In this document: positions 32,646-45,315 of the stretch, in pieces
Numbering within the stretch: the stretch's first letter is position 1
How the letters are laid out: each line of letters starts with the position of its first letter
Source: Schizochytrium sp. TIO01
Lineage: Eukaryota; Protista; Bigyra: Labyrinthulomycetes
Direction: 5' to 3'
Length of the DNA stretch: 64,000 nt
Assembly (NCBI GenBank): GCA_004764695.1
Contig: SMSO01000005.1
Span: 1,054,001-1,118,000 of the forward strand
The notes under the pieces: model-generated
The model's input: the letters and a program-made list of their open reading frames with translations, nothing else
The model's database searches: none
What the model was told of the DNA's origin: nothing
Made by a program: the position numbers and the translations under genes

Positions 32646-34110
32646 TGCTTAAATTCTTGCTTTCGCTGATTTCCTTTTCTCCACGATAGGAAAGCTTTCA
32701 AGAAAGTCAGTTTGTCTTCATGTCATTCGATCTTTCATGTCATTCTTTCTTTCTCTCTCTCTCTCTCTCTTTTAAAAATGTAATGGAACATTAGTAAGCA
32801 GGTACGTACTCCGTGTACTTCCAACCGAATCGACTAAATCGAATGAAAACTACGATAACCTTCTCAATAATGATCCCAAACTAACTTTTTCCATTTCACA
32901 ACTCACCACAATACTCCTAACACCCCTTATGAAACTCCTACCACATCTGCCGACGACCGCGAATTTCTCTTGGCGGCCCAAGTTTCGCCGACCGGGAGAT
33001 CATGCGCCCCTGAGCATGAGGAGAAAGCAGGCGCCAGGATCCTCTTGGCGGCAAATCGGGGAAATTGGGGGGGGCGCTGCTGCACTGGGTAATATAAGGG
33101 GGAAAAGCGAAAGGAAACGAAAGGGATTAATAAATTAAATTGACGAAGAAGAGTGAGCGGAAGAACTCGACAACTCGACTCGAGAATCGGACCTCGAGAC
33201 CGGCGCCGGAGGGAGCGACGATATAGCTGAGGCTGGTCTATTGCATCATCATCCTTGCGTCCGGTTTGGGTTGGCTTTTTCACTGTGCTTGGATTGAGTA
33301 GTTTCAAGCGGTGAAAGTTAGAAGTTGCTGTGAAAGTTACTCTGGTAAAGAGGCATGCGTAGAAGCACCTAAGGAATAGAGTAGGAGTAGTTTGTGCTTT
33401 TAAAAGAGAGAGAGAGAGAGAGAATGAACGATCGAGTTGACGATTTCTTCGAGAGACTTTGACGCAACAATCATCGATTGACAGAGAGCACAGAATCTAA
33501 GACCGTACGTAGGCCGAGGCCGCTATTGCGACGCGGGGCGGGGGCGCGGCGTGGGGAGGAGAGGTGAAGACTGGTTTAGCTGCAGAGAACGGTGACTGAC
33601 GCTTGACGAATTGCTAAATGAACGAACGAATTGATGCACGCACGCATGGATGATGCTTTCGATGTTGGATGAACTTTGGGGTTTGCTTGCGGTGACACTG
33701 TGCTGGTGAATCTATGGGGACCGCCGCCATGATGATTGGTTGATGGACTGATCTGGCTCTTGGCGATGACAACTGCGTGTGCGCTTGGAAATTGCTGCGG
33801 ACTTGGATCTGATGATCTTTGTTCATTGAATAAAATATGTACAATTCGTATTGCTTGCACGTATCTTTAATTGGATATTGTTACATGACGCAATGTTACT
33901 CAAACATGCGCTGTAAACATGCACGGTAATCATGACCATATTGGTATTGCATGCCGGAGTACAATTTTGACCCTCTTGTGAAATTATATGATCAACCCCG
34001 TGGAACGAATTTCGTGACTTCCGGCTGATGTGTTGATGGATATCTATTTACACTATTTATTTGTGTGATTGACAAAACACAGAGTTCTTTTTTACAAACC
34101 AACTAGCACT

Positions 34111-35052
34111 ATGAGCATCGCAGAAAAGCTTGAGGGCTTCACCACCGGCCAGCTCCTTGAGGAGCTCCGCAACCGTGTGCGCTGTGCCGAGAAGACCACC
34201 AAGACCCGCGCTATCCTCGTCGGCCCCCCCGGTACGTATTTTTTGTTAATGAACAGCTATCATGGCGATACTCAAGGTCGCTCTTGGCTTCTGTAATAAA
34301 TTCTAATACTTGCCAGCGAGCATAAAAAGACATGAGTACTGTTGATGATGTGGACCTTTTAACTAACATGAGCGGATGATATCTGAATCGCAACCATTTG
34401 TCTACGATTGCCTTATATCATGCAAAATTGAACAGGATGTGGCAAGGGTACCCAGAGCCCCAAGCTCCGCTTCCACTACTGTGCCTGCCACTTGGCTACC
34501 GGTGACATGCTCCGCGAGGCTGTCGCTGCTGGCACCCCGCTCGGCCTCAAGGCTAAGAGCATCATGGAGGCTGGCAAGCTCGTCGATGATGACCTTGTCG
34601 TCGGTCTCATCAAGGAGAACATCAACACCCCTGCCTGTGCCAAGGGTTTCCTCCTCGATGGATTCCCCCGCAACGTGAAGCAGGCCAAGATGCTCGACGA
34701 GGTTCTTGCCGAGCAGGGCGAGAAGATCGATAACGTTGTCAACTTCCAGGTTGACGACGAGGTTCTTGTCGAGCGCATCACCGGCCGCCGTATCCACAAG
34801 GCTTCCGGCCGCAGCTACCACGTCAAGTTCAACCCCCCCAAGGTTGAGGGCAAGGACGACATCACTGGTGAGCCCCTCATCCAGCGCCCGGATGACAACG
34901 AGAACACCCTCCGTACCCGCCTCGAGACCTTCCACGAGCAGACCCGCCCGGTCCTTGAGCACTACGGTGACCGTGTGGCCAGCGTTGACGCCATGCAGGA
35001 CATTAACAAGGTCTTTGCTGACATCAAGAAGGCTATGGGCTCCAACAACTAA
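34111..35052 (+). CDS. AK2: Adenylate kinase (long, LID-containing AK2 type); exons 34111-34231 and 34436-35052
   Basis: Removing the GTACGT...AACAG intron (34232-34435) restores the P-loop GPPGCGKGTQ. Further motifs: HLATGDMLR, GFLLDGFPR, RITGRRIHKASGRSYH, TGEPLIQRPDD. Strong C-ending codon bias, as expected for a highly expressed gene. Confidence 0.95.
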
Positions 35053-36365
35053 ATAATTTACACTCCCTTTTTACACTATGCATCTTGATATCTTCTTCTC
35101 CTCATGAGAATTATCGTTTCATGATGACCATGACGTTCTGCCGTCTCAAAAAGATTAGAATATGAGAATTCACTGCGGCAGACAAGGTGGCTATTGCAAT
35201 TCATGTCTGTCCTTGCAAATATGAGTCGTGCTTGGTTTCGTTCGCATCACATCCAGCCCATGACGGCTGGTAACGTAAGGTTCCCTTTCGTCTCCCAAAA
35301 CCTTTTCATAATCAGTTTATCAAATGTCGCGGCTGGCCATTCGTAATTACCTAACTTACGTAAAGTCTTAATATAGTTAATTATTTGGACGTTTGCTTCA
35401 CATTTTACAAGTTTACAAGTTTTATGCTTCGATAAGTTTTATTTATAGCGATGGTTGCATGAGTTTCTTGGTCTTATTTCTTACGCACTGGTGCAGCATA
35501 TCTTCAAGTCTAGATCAAGTGTCTTTTCGTATCAGTAGATTGACATCACTGGCAAGATTCAATTGTATTATAATAGAGCTGTCTACCCTAGGCTGTTGTT
35601 GAATTTGGTTTCTATTGTAGTGACTACTGCAAATTTGGAAATATGTTGAACCTTAATACAAAAAAATGTCAGAGTTGCACGTTTCCTGGCTATTCTTTCA
35701 TTCGGTTTAGAATTTTGACTTTTGCACATCGGAAGTGCCCAAAAGACGTTACTAGTTTCAAGTCCAATTCAACAAATTCATGAGAAGTCAGTGGGCAAAA
35801 GCGTCCCCGCGTTTTCTGTTTCACTGCTTCACCTGCTTAGTAGTGGTCGAGTCACCAAAGGTTTGTGATGGTCGGCTATCTATGGAAGGCCGATTCTTTT
35901 CACAGCCAAATGCTCAGCTCGTTCTCAAGTGATGTGCAGCACTGTTTTTGCAAAGCTCCATCAGGTGCGGACCGTGCTCATGGCAAAGCTCGCTTTTTTT
36001 CATGCTTCTGGTAGAGCAGCGAAAGCCTTGCCCTCACTCAGTACATGAGGTTTTTCTCAGCGCTTTGCTACTTGCAGCTGAATTTAAACTTATGAATATG
36101 TAACAGCACTTACGTGCTGCAATTGCCGCATAACGCCTAGCAATGCCCTGGCGGATCGGCTAATGCGTTGAAAACCTGTTTGCGGCAGTTTCCTCTTGCC
36201 TGGCCTTGTCTTGTCAGGTTTGTGTTTGTGCATGAGCTGCTCTGCTCTGCGAGTATCGGCATTCTCTTCAAGGAACTCTGTTATCTGTACGATCTGACTG
36301 GACGCTTCTTCTCACCACCTGCTAGCTATTACCGGTGTCTGGAGATAAGATTTTAACCATCAATG

Positions 36366-36430
36366 TTTAGTTTTAGTTTTAGTTTTAGTTTTAGTTTTAG
36401 TTTTAGTTTTAGTTTTAGTTTTAGTTTTAG
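36366..36430. repeat. (TTTTAG)n hexamer microsatellite, ~11 copies
   Basis: Directly visible. Confidence 0.93.
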
Positions 36431-37740
36431 TTTATTTATAACAGGTCCTACTACATCAGTAACATGGTGTTTTCGAGGGACCTCACCTGCAAAGGCTTGA
36501 AGAACTTCATCGGAACTAATAGCGCCTGCACACAATACTTTCTTGCTCGCAGAAAGCAAACGTGCCATAAAGCGCGAGTGTCTGTGCATAGAAAAGCTCA
36601 CCTCGCCTGTCTTTTTATAAGTCTAGTAGTCTTTTACAATAAGATTAAAATCATTACAAATTTCTAAAATAGCAAATGGTAAATAATAAACGAAAAGTGC
36701 GACCAAGCAAAAGATCGGCTGAGCCTAATTGAACACCATATCTGCATAAATCAGTCGCTAATTATTGAAAGATTAGGGGCCCGTGTCGCGCTCTGTCTCC
36801 AGCCCGGCTCGATTATCGAACTAAAGTGATAATTTGATATTGCCAGATTTATTCTTAACCCACCTACCTATACGAAGCGATTAGGGGTCTTCCTTTGTGA
36901 GTCATAAGTTAGTCGATTGTGGAAACTGGAGAGCCTCGTGGTTCGGCTATTCAACTTCTGAAAATCAATGATGGCTGGCTGGAAACCATGCGTTTGGAGA
37001 CGTTTTATAATAATAGCGGCCGGGTCTTGAAGTTATTGTTTGTCAACTTGCCAATAGAGGATAAACTTTTGAAAGGTATTCATTCTGTAACAATTCTCAA
37101 ATTTAAAGATGAAAGCGCCACGAAATATAATTAGTAACTCCTGCAAACGCCTATTTTCTAATTTCTCGCATCAAACAGAAGGATTGACGCTAGACTCTAG
37201 CTTCGTCACTTTAGGCCTGCTGATGGTGTCTCCACATCTTTTTATCTTTTCTCATAGCTAAGAAACTGGGAAGTCTCAAGAAATATCAATAGTATTTATT
37301 ACCATGTTCAAAGATAAAAAAGATGTGGAGGCCCCCTCTTTTTCTTTTCATTTTTTCAAATTAACATTGAAAAATAATCAAATACAATGAAACACGATGA
37401 AATAGAATAGAATATAATTATAAATAAAAATTCAATTTATCTTTTTAATTAAAATACTTATTACTATTAAAAATGGAGCCTTCTGTTTCGTACGTGACGA
37501 AACCGCTACCAACATCTTCAGGAATGGACATCACTCGCTCGCTTTGCAGCAGACCACACCAGAGTCAGTGCGGCTTCTTCGGTTTCTGAAGGCATGAGGC
37601 GTGCACACATTCATTTAAGAATAACTCACGTACACATGAAATTCCAGTCGCCAATTTAATGTAAAGCAGCATTTAGATGCACACAGCGAAGCAGAACCGC
37701 AAAGTCCCTTTCTCAGGACTGCAAGCAATTGATAGGTATC

Positions 37741-39459
37741 ATGCTGTCCTTACAGCAAGAGGGCGACGTAAAGACTGCGGAAAGCGGCAGAGGCGATGTC
37801 GAGGGCAAGGAGTCTAGCACATTCGACTCGCCTGATGACTGTTGCCTTCCGGTGCCTCCACGTGCAAAGAACGCTGGAATGCAAGATTTCAACAACAATA
37901 ATGCAGTTATTGTAGACGCGACTACGAGCGAGACAAACTCAAAGAATAGCATCACTCTGAAAAAGTCGTTGTCCACATCCTCGACTAACTCCGCAGGCTA
38001 TAAATCACGCCGACGCTGCCAGAATCTTGATGTTCCTTGTGAAGAAGAATTTGAGTCTGCGATTGACTTCGACTTTGATGGTGATTTTGAAGATCGTGAA
38101 AAGGAAGACATGACTGCGGAGCACATTCGTAGACTCTCTGATTACACTTTGCGAAAGACCAAGGACAATTCTGTTGAGAGCAAAGAAGAAAGCCCTAGCC
38201 GGCCTCAATCTTGTCGCGGTTCTGTAATCAGCCCTGCCTCCGCTTTGGCATCTCGCTTGGCCAATCTTGGTGGCCTAAACTCGGAAATCGATGCACTCTT
38301 GCAAGATTCTCAGATGCTTACTGAGCACACTCTTGCGGATCCAGAACTCCAGGCCGAGCCTGTGCAGCGACACTTGTCGATCCAACAAGAGATCAAAACG
38401 ATCCGTGATATCCAACATGCGAGTACTCAAAAGTACGTGGAAAAAATCCTTGAGCTCGAGCGATTTCTTAATACTGAGCAAGAAAGGCGTAAGACTGCTG
38501 AGCATGCGCTTTCTAAAGCCCAGGAAAATTTTGATAACACTCTTCAGGAGCTTGAGAGAGAACTCTCCGATCTGCGCCTCAACGCTGCCATGTTACATCG
38601 ATCTCTTGTGCAGCGACAGAAACACATTGAAGCCATTACTACGAAGTTCAAGAGTGTTCAAGTGCAAAAGGACGAGCTTCAAACCAAATGCCAGGCCGCT
38701 GAGAAGGAAATCAAACATCTTCGTCATGTCATCGCGGTAAAGAATTCCCTCCAGCAGCACTTGTCAGTTGACACATCGCCTATGACGTCAGAATCTTCAA
38801 AAGCCTCCTCTAAAGGCTCCCGTAGCAGTAAGCATGATTCTGATGGCGGGGAGCGTCGACGCAATGGGTTGCGATGGCTTCCACATTTGCGCCGATCTGG
38901 CACCAAATCGGGAAGTCAGTCTCCCACATCCCCAGCGTCCTCTCAAGATCGCTTCAAATCCCTCAATTTTCTTGGACGAAGACCATCCACTCCAGCATCT
39001 TCAATGTCATCCATGTCGAACGAAATAAAGTCTCTTGGTCACATGAGTCGTAAGGCCACAACCCCAATGCCGAGTACGACATCTTTGATGGCAGAAGATC
39101 AGCCTGAAGCCAAGTCCCTAGGCTTGCTTGGCCGTAAGTCCACCACACCTGCGCGTACAAGTGTAGGTACCTCTGCTGGGGAGAAGTTCAAGTCTCTTTC
39201 ATTCTTGGGTCGCAAATCTACAACTCCTTTACCCTCAACTTCGTCCACAATTCATGAGAATACACCTAAATCTCTCGGCCTCATGGGTCCTAAGGCCACC
39301 ATGCCTGCGCGCACCTGGTGCCTCCCAGAAGAGGTATTGGAAGAGGAAGAAGAACCCAAGTCTCTAGGTTTACTTGGTCGCAGGCCATCCTCCCCAGCTA
39401 AGATGCTGACTTCTGCTCGAACCAGCAAGCACAAAGCAAGCAAGTTTCCGTTTCTCTAA
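37741..39459 (+). CDS. Uncharacterised protein with a central coiled coil and six C-terminal basic KSLxxLGR(K/R)xxxP repeats
   Basis: Uninterrupted ORF from ATG 37741, heptad region at about aa 215-340, repeats visible in the translation. Confidence 0.85.
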   Translation: MLSLQQEGDVKTAESGRGDVEGKESSTFDSPDDCCLPVPPRAKNAGMQDFNNNNAVIVDATTSETNSKNSITLKKSLSTSSTNSAGYKSRRRCQNLDVPCEEEFESAIDFDFDGDFEDREKEDMTAEHIRRLSDYTLRKTKDNSVESKEESPSRPQSCRGSVISPASALASRLANLGGLNSEIDALLQDSQMLTEHTLADPELQAEPVQRHLSIQQEIKTIRDIQHASTQKYVEKILELERFLNTEQERRKTAEHALSKAQENFDNTLQELERELSDLRLNAAMLHRSLVQRQKHIEAITTKFKSVQVQKDELQTKCQAAEKEIKHLRHVIAVKNSLQQHLSVDTSPMTSESSKASSKGSRSSKHDSDGGERRRNGLRWLPHLRRSGTKSGSQSPTSPASSQDRFKSLNFLGRRPSTPASSMSSMSNEIKSLGHMSRKATTPMPSTTSLMAEDQPEAKSLGLLGRKSTTPARTSVGTSAGEKFKSLSFLGRKSTTPLPSTSSTIHENTPKSLGLMGPKATMPARTWCLPEEVLEEEEEPKSLGLLGRRPSSPAKMLTSARTSKHKASKFPFL

Positions 39460-39749
39460 ATAAGCCCTTGAGAAAACCTATGATCTCCTTGTTGCTCTGC
39501 TGAAAATTCAACAATCATGCTCTCAACGGGTGAAAGCAGTCATCATGCTAGGCATACAAAGAAGGAGACCTTCTCCGTCAATGAGAAAGAAAAAAATAAT
39601 CTGCTCGCACAAATAAATTCTTCCACGCACTTTTGTCGATGCCTATATAAACCATAAGAAAACTTCGTAAACTACCTGTTTCTTACACCTATTCTTGCTC
39701 GTTCCTGTACTTTTGTAAAGCTATTAGCTTGTTTGTCATTGTGGCTTTT

Positions 39750-40500
39750 CTCACATAAGCTGTGTCTACCAAAAGAGCTTGAATTACCCCATCACAAGGC
39801 TTCAAGCTAGTAATAATTGCTTGAACCTGCGACCTGATTAGCCGAGGGCTGGTCCAGAAGATAAAGGTAAAAGTAAAAGAGTGTTTGAACCTGCAATTCA
39901 AACTATGTCAATTAAATTGAGCAATCTGCTGACCTCGACTTCAAATTAAAGCAATTAATTGTCTAAATTAACGTCAATGCCATAGGGAATCTAATTCTTT
40001 GAGGATAGGCAATGTACATGATCAAAGTTTCGGTTACGCCTTGTTCGCATGTTCCATCGCTTGAATACCCCATCATAGTGAATGAAGAAGACATACTTGA
40101 TCGTATCGCACAGAAGCATCATACATAATTGAAGTGGTAAGATTAATTCGTTTTCTCACCCTGACTCAAATCTCACCCTTACTTACTCCTCAGACAAAAG
40201 GAAGTTCAACATTGAAAGTGTTATGTATCGTCAAGACTTATACATGTACAACCTAAATTAATGGTCACAGAAACGAATCAATCGAATCCCTTGAGTTCTG
40301 CGTAATAACAGATGAAGCATGTCTTGATCTTCTAATCAGAATGAATTAAAATATGAATCATCACCATTAGATCGCTGACTTCATCTGCAAATGTAGTGAG
40401 GAGATCTTTTATGTTAGTTTTCTTGAGAGACTGCATTGTAAGATTATGTACAGCTACTTTTCCCTCAAGCACCAGCAATGAAGCACAAGGCATGTGCACT
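39750..40500 (-). pseudogene. Heavily decayed paralog of the neighbouring VWA gene, in two fragments
   Basis: TNIKDLLTTFADEVSD (40418-40371) matches TNMKELFTTYADKVSD of the 42562 ORF at 11/16 positions. SPRLIRSQ..LKPCDGVI (39850-39782) matches APRVLCYQ..MKPCDKVI. The fragments are in colinear order. Confidence 0.7.
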
Positions 40501-40892
40501 TCAGACACTTCAGATTGTAAACGCTCTTGATTTAAGTATATATTTATATAGATACATGCATATGTATGTATGAAGTGCACATGCTTTGTGCTTCATTGTT
40601 GGAGTATTTGAGTAAAAAATAACATGTACGGAGCAACTATCTAGCAATATATGAGAGGGGTAGCCGTGATTTTACGGATTTTTAAACTTTTATTGAGATC
40701 GACGATAGGATCTATTTGTGTTAAAGTATAGCAACACAACCAACTAGACTAGTCTACATAGTGAGTTATTGACCAGAGTTAGGGGTATCCTGAATGTTTA
40801 GTCTTGTTGTATACATAAAATGTAAACAAGTTCCTTTGACTACTTTTCTATTTTGCATAACTAATGAGTTTTTTAATATTTAAAAGTTGAAG

Positions 40893-41243
40893 ATAAAATC
40901 AGCATAGAAAGAAGGATATTTCTCAGTTTTTTTCCTGTTCCATATTTTCTGCTCACTTGCAGTGATAGATTCTACAAACTTTGCATTCTAAAACTCACCA
41001 AACCTCACCTAGTTCTCTACATGTTAGTGGCAAGCATATATTAACTATACCCTATCGTTGAAATACTACAAATGTAGAAAGTTTACTATAAATGTAAAGT
41101 GTAGAGTTTGTAGATAGTAAAAATAGCACAGAATGAGATACGCTTCTCACTGATTTTCTGTTTCATAGTTTCAGTTCACTTATATTTAGATTCTTCATAT
41201 GTCTTGCATTCCAAATCTCATACACGAACCTAGCTCTTTGCAC
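40893..41243. repeat. Degenerate ~125-bp direct repeat (~40893-41020 and ~41118-41243)
   Basis: Alignable by eye: AGCAYAGAA..TTCTCA..CTGTTYCATA..TCACTT..TAGATTCT..TTGCATTC..AAA.CTCA..ACCTAG.TCT. Confidence 0.65.
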
Positions 41244-42144
41244 TGACCTTGCAAAATTATTGCAGCTTCACCCAGTCGTAAAATTGTTGAGGTCTTCCCC
41301 CGAATTCACACTACATGACATTACCCTTTATTGCCACGCATTCCCAGATATAGCACCTGCAAAAAGTGAGAAACTCCACATGTTTCATGGCAGAGGAACG
41401 CAACGCTTGGGACTTTCCAAGTCATGTTTACAGGGACAAACCGAAAGAGTCCTGTGCATCGAAAAATGTTGCTTCTTTTTAAAAGTGCTGAAAGGTGATA
41501 CTGATTAGCGTGAGGTTGACTGTAAAAATGAAGGCAAGAAGCTTGATGAAGGTTATAAGAAGGTTGATTTAAGTGTTAGCGAACTGCTGTCCTGGGGAAT
41601 GAATTCCAGGACAGGTGGATTCATGTAGTAGTTAGGGAGATAAAGACATTCTTGAATGTGGTTAGAGATAATCGATGGGGTTAGGTTATCCAACCTTCTC
41701 CAACCATCGATTCAAGCTACACCAAGCTTGGGTGTCGGTAATGTGTATTCACACTTTCCGAATTGTCTTTCTTTTTTTTTAATGGAAAACTTTACTATTT
41801 GATTATATATTCAATTTACTATTGAAATTTCCACATATAGCCACAAAGGGAATCCCCACATGATCATCAGCACACAGGCCACAGCATTACGACACTCTCA
41901 ACTATGACAGTGATATCTTCCTTTGAAGAATCAGTCAATGATGAGTTATAACAATAACCAAAAGCGAATCAACAATATGCAGGAGCTCATCCAACAAATT
42001 GTAATCTCCAATCAAACCAAACAGGGGTCTAAGACCCCACCACGTTGCCGACATGGTCCTTCTCCTCCACGTAGGGAGGTCAGCACTGTCGCAAAATTCA
42101 GCAAGGCTCGTAATATCTTGCAGTCCCTAACCAAAGCCTCATGA

Positions 42145-43152
42145 ACTCTCTTCGCGACCCTGAGCCAGAGTCATTTAGGCGTAGATTTCGCTTACTATAC
42201 AGGACTTGGAGATCGTGTAGAATGTTTCGCTCTTTGTGTACAATATCGGAATTGCATTGCTTTAGCAGCAGCAAGTGACGTCAACGAACAATCACAGTGC
42301 AGGTTATACTTCAATGATGGCACGCTACCTACAACCATGCCTCAGCTGTATGGCGGGGCTCCGACTTTGTTCAGGGCGGGATATAGTAATTCTTTCTATG
42401 AATATAACTAGGACGGGTACACAGAGGATGAAGCAGGAGATTACTCACACAGAACTGTATACGGATGCTTCAAAAGAACTGGAACTTTAGCTCCTACGCA
42501 AGCACCTACTCAGAAACCAACTGGTACGCAAGCGCCTACTCAGACACCTACTGATACGCAAGTGCCTACTATGAGCCCCACTAATGTCCAATCTACTTGC
42601 TCCGCACGCATCATCACTGCATACGATGCCACATACACTAGAAAGACCAACAGCGGAATAAAAGAGGCAAAACAGATTATATCAAAGTTTGTAAACGCAC
42701 TCCCGTTGGATTCTGGAGTCTCCATGGGCTTTCTTGTCCTTGATCGGCATGCTACCCTTGAGATAGTAGATGTTGACTCAGCAAATGCAAACGATCCTAC
42801 GATTCTTCTTAATGTGATCTCCAACCTTTACAAAAGAAACAGTAACACCACCAACATGAAAGAACTGTTCACTACTTACGCAGACAAGGTTAGCGACGTG
42901 TCCATTCCGAGTTACATTGTTTTATTCACTGATGGCAAGGCGGAAGGAGCGGCCGGAAAGAACTCTGATTTCGTGGAGACAATGAAGAATCGTCTCGGAT
43001 CTGCTGCGCCTCGAGTATTGTGCTATCAAACTCTGAACTGGCGCAAGACAGACTTTTTGATGAAGCCATGCGACAAGGTCATCTTCCGAGGCAAACGTGA
43101 CGTATCCTATGATACGCTTGCAGCTAGGATTGTAGATGAAATTTGCCCTTGA
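42145..43152 (+). pseudogene. PAN/apple-like + PT-repeat + VWA-domain gene interrupted by in-frame stops (probably a secreted or surface protein originally)
   Basis: One frame reads ECFALCVQYRNCIAL..QCRLYF (PAN-like Cys spacing), TAG at 42409-42411, an APTQ/TPT linker, then a VWA domain (IITAYDATYT..YIVLFTDG) ending at 43152. A further TGA lies at 42142-42144. No clean signal-peptide start was found. Confidence 0.7.
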
Positions 43153-45315
43153 TGCTTCAAAGTTGGTGCTACTACGATGAATTCATAGTATAAATAGAAA
43201 TCAGTTTGTTGAATCAGTGGCCTGTATTGGGTTTAAATGTTGTCTCTGATTTTGCATAACTTCATATTGTCACGCATCAAAATAATGAGAGTCTTTTGTT
43301 TTTCTATTGTTGAAGTGTTTACGCTGTTTTAAGAGATTGCCCGATGCCTTAACCATCATGGTAGTGAAAGTAGTGAAAGTGAACCCGAACAGAAATGCAC
43401 CAAATTGCACCCATGATTTGCTTCATTCCTTCCTTTAACTCTTCAAATGAGATCCTGATAGAAAGAGATTAACACAATAAACAATTTGGTCTGTCGAGGA
43501 AATGTACTTTATATGAGTTCCGATCAATTTTCTAGAAATATTTCATGACTAGTTGAAAAGTTCATCTACCATTCCCTTCCCAAATCTTTGAATAGAAGAT
43601 AATATTTGATCAGTCCTCTTTAGGTGCATACAAAGCCTAGGTTTGCAAGACTTTCTTTAGGCATTAGATATAAGGAAATGTTTTCTTAATCTTGCAAGTC
43701 AACCGCTATATGTACTTTAGCATTAGCATAATCGGCAGATTATAAAGAGAGCATATCTATAGAAATAACCCGCAAATACTTTGGAAAATACCGCAAGCCA
43801 AGTAACAGCTGAAGTCATCTTTTAAAAGAGAAAGGAAAAAGAAATTATTTACTCTGGTTCTAAGCAAGCAACTTCTTCATAACCATTAAACTAAAAAACA
43901 TCTTATTTCTGATATCTCGTAATTGAGAAGCAAATCTCCATTGATTGACGATGGAGTTCGACGAACCCACAGTTAATGTCAATAGCAGAATTTGAACAGG
44001 ACACATTACTATAAAATATGCGAAACCGTGCTTCACTAGCCAGATTACTTCACCATCCATGTTCTCTTATAGATAGGAAAGTATCTTACTCCCAGATACT
44101 TCTCTATTTACCATTCAGGGGCATACTAGTGCTCAGTAATTTTTCATCTTTTGCAATAGAAAAACATTGTAACCTACTATACCCCAATTTAGGCATACTC
44201 TGGTAATCATTCCAGGTCCACCTGCTCGACCTGACTGGGTGTATGCAGTCCCTCCCCCACCCACCTAACAAACGCAACTTCTTTTAGCCGCACTCTCTGC
44301 TTCACTACTATCTACAAACTCAAAATCCGTGCAACCGCCATTTTTGATCGTGCAACCCCTCTCACATGAAGATGTTACACTATATATTTCTCATATTACA
44401 GAGGGACTCTGTCCCCATCCTCTCCAGCAGCAGCGTCGTCGATTTTTTTCCATGAGGGCCAGAACCTTGCCAGAGTCGTGTGTCATGATCAGCAGATCCA
44501 CTGGTGTCAGACTTTCTCTTCTCTTTTCAAAGAAAGCGCTCTTTGATAGAAAAATTCATCACGAAAGGGCTCTGCCATCACCATACATTGCCACCCCAGT
44601 ACACACCTGATGATCCTGCGCACCCCCATACCCAACGCCCAATCTGCGAAACCCATTTTCTAACTTTCAAAATTTTCCATAGGAATACCTAAGTAGCCAT
44701 TAAGACACCACCACCCTCATCCGTTTTACCCCATTTTACTATGTAAATACTAAGAACTCCTAAAGACACCCCGTTTTGCTCGGCGGCACCTCGTTTCTGG
44801 ATACTCCTAGTAGATACCTCCTATTATAAACTATAATAATATTGAGACTCGTGTGATCTGTCTCTCAAGCTTAGTAAATACTGGGACTGGCCCGTTGCAC
44901 ATTTTTTGCAATTTCGTATAGTTCTGGTAAAGAGTGCTGCAGGTTGGAGCAGCAAAATTGCGGAGAAGCCATAACTGCTCAGCAAATCCGATTTGACACA
45001 TCTGCCAGCCTACAAACCCTGCCTGCGCTTGCAGTGCGACCCTCAGCCGTTGCTTGAGCGACCGTCCGCACTTGCACTTGCATGCAAGCGAGCAACAGCA
45101 ACAAGATAAGAAGAATAAACGGTGGAGCTCTGGAATAAATCATAGAACTCTGAAGGGCTCGAGACCAACGGCGACAATATTGAAGAGTCCTGAAGGCAAG
45201 CCATAACGTGCAAATCGACATAATTTACCTGCTTACCTGCACCGTGTGATCGTGTTTGTCATAGTAGTATTTGGTCACGCGTGTACAAGGAAAGTACTTC
45301 AAGAACAGAAGAACC

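Noticed and set aside
33729-33812. Box C/D snoRNA-like layout (ATGATGA..CTGA..CGATGA..CTGA)
   Set aside because: No terminal stem and no rRNA-complementary guide recognised; would need snoscan/Infernal.
36366-36430. (TTTTAG)n as an interstitial telomere
   Set aside because: Lacks the G-run of TTAGGG/TTTAGGG-type repeats; ordinary microsatellite.
36430-36601. LLSASKKVLCAGAISSDEVL, faintly like a viral origin-binding SF2 helicase motif III
   Set aside because: No Walker A/B or other motif in frame; too short to support an endogenous viral relic.
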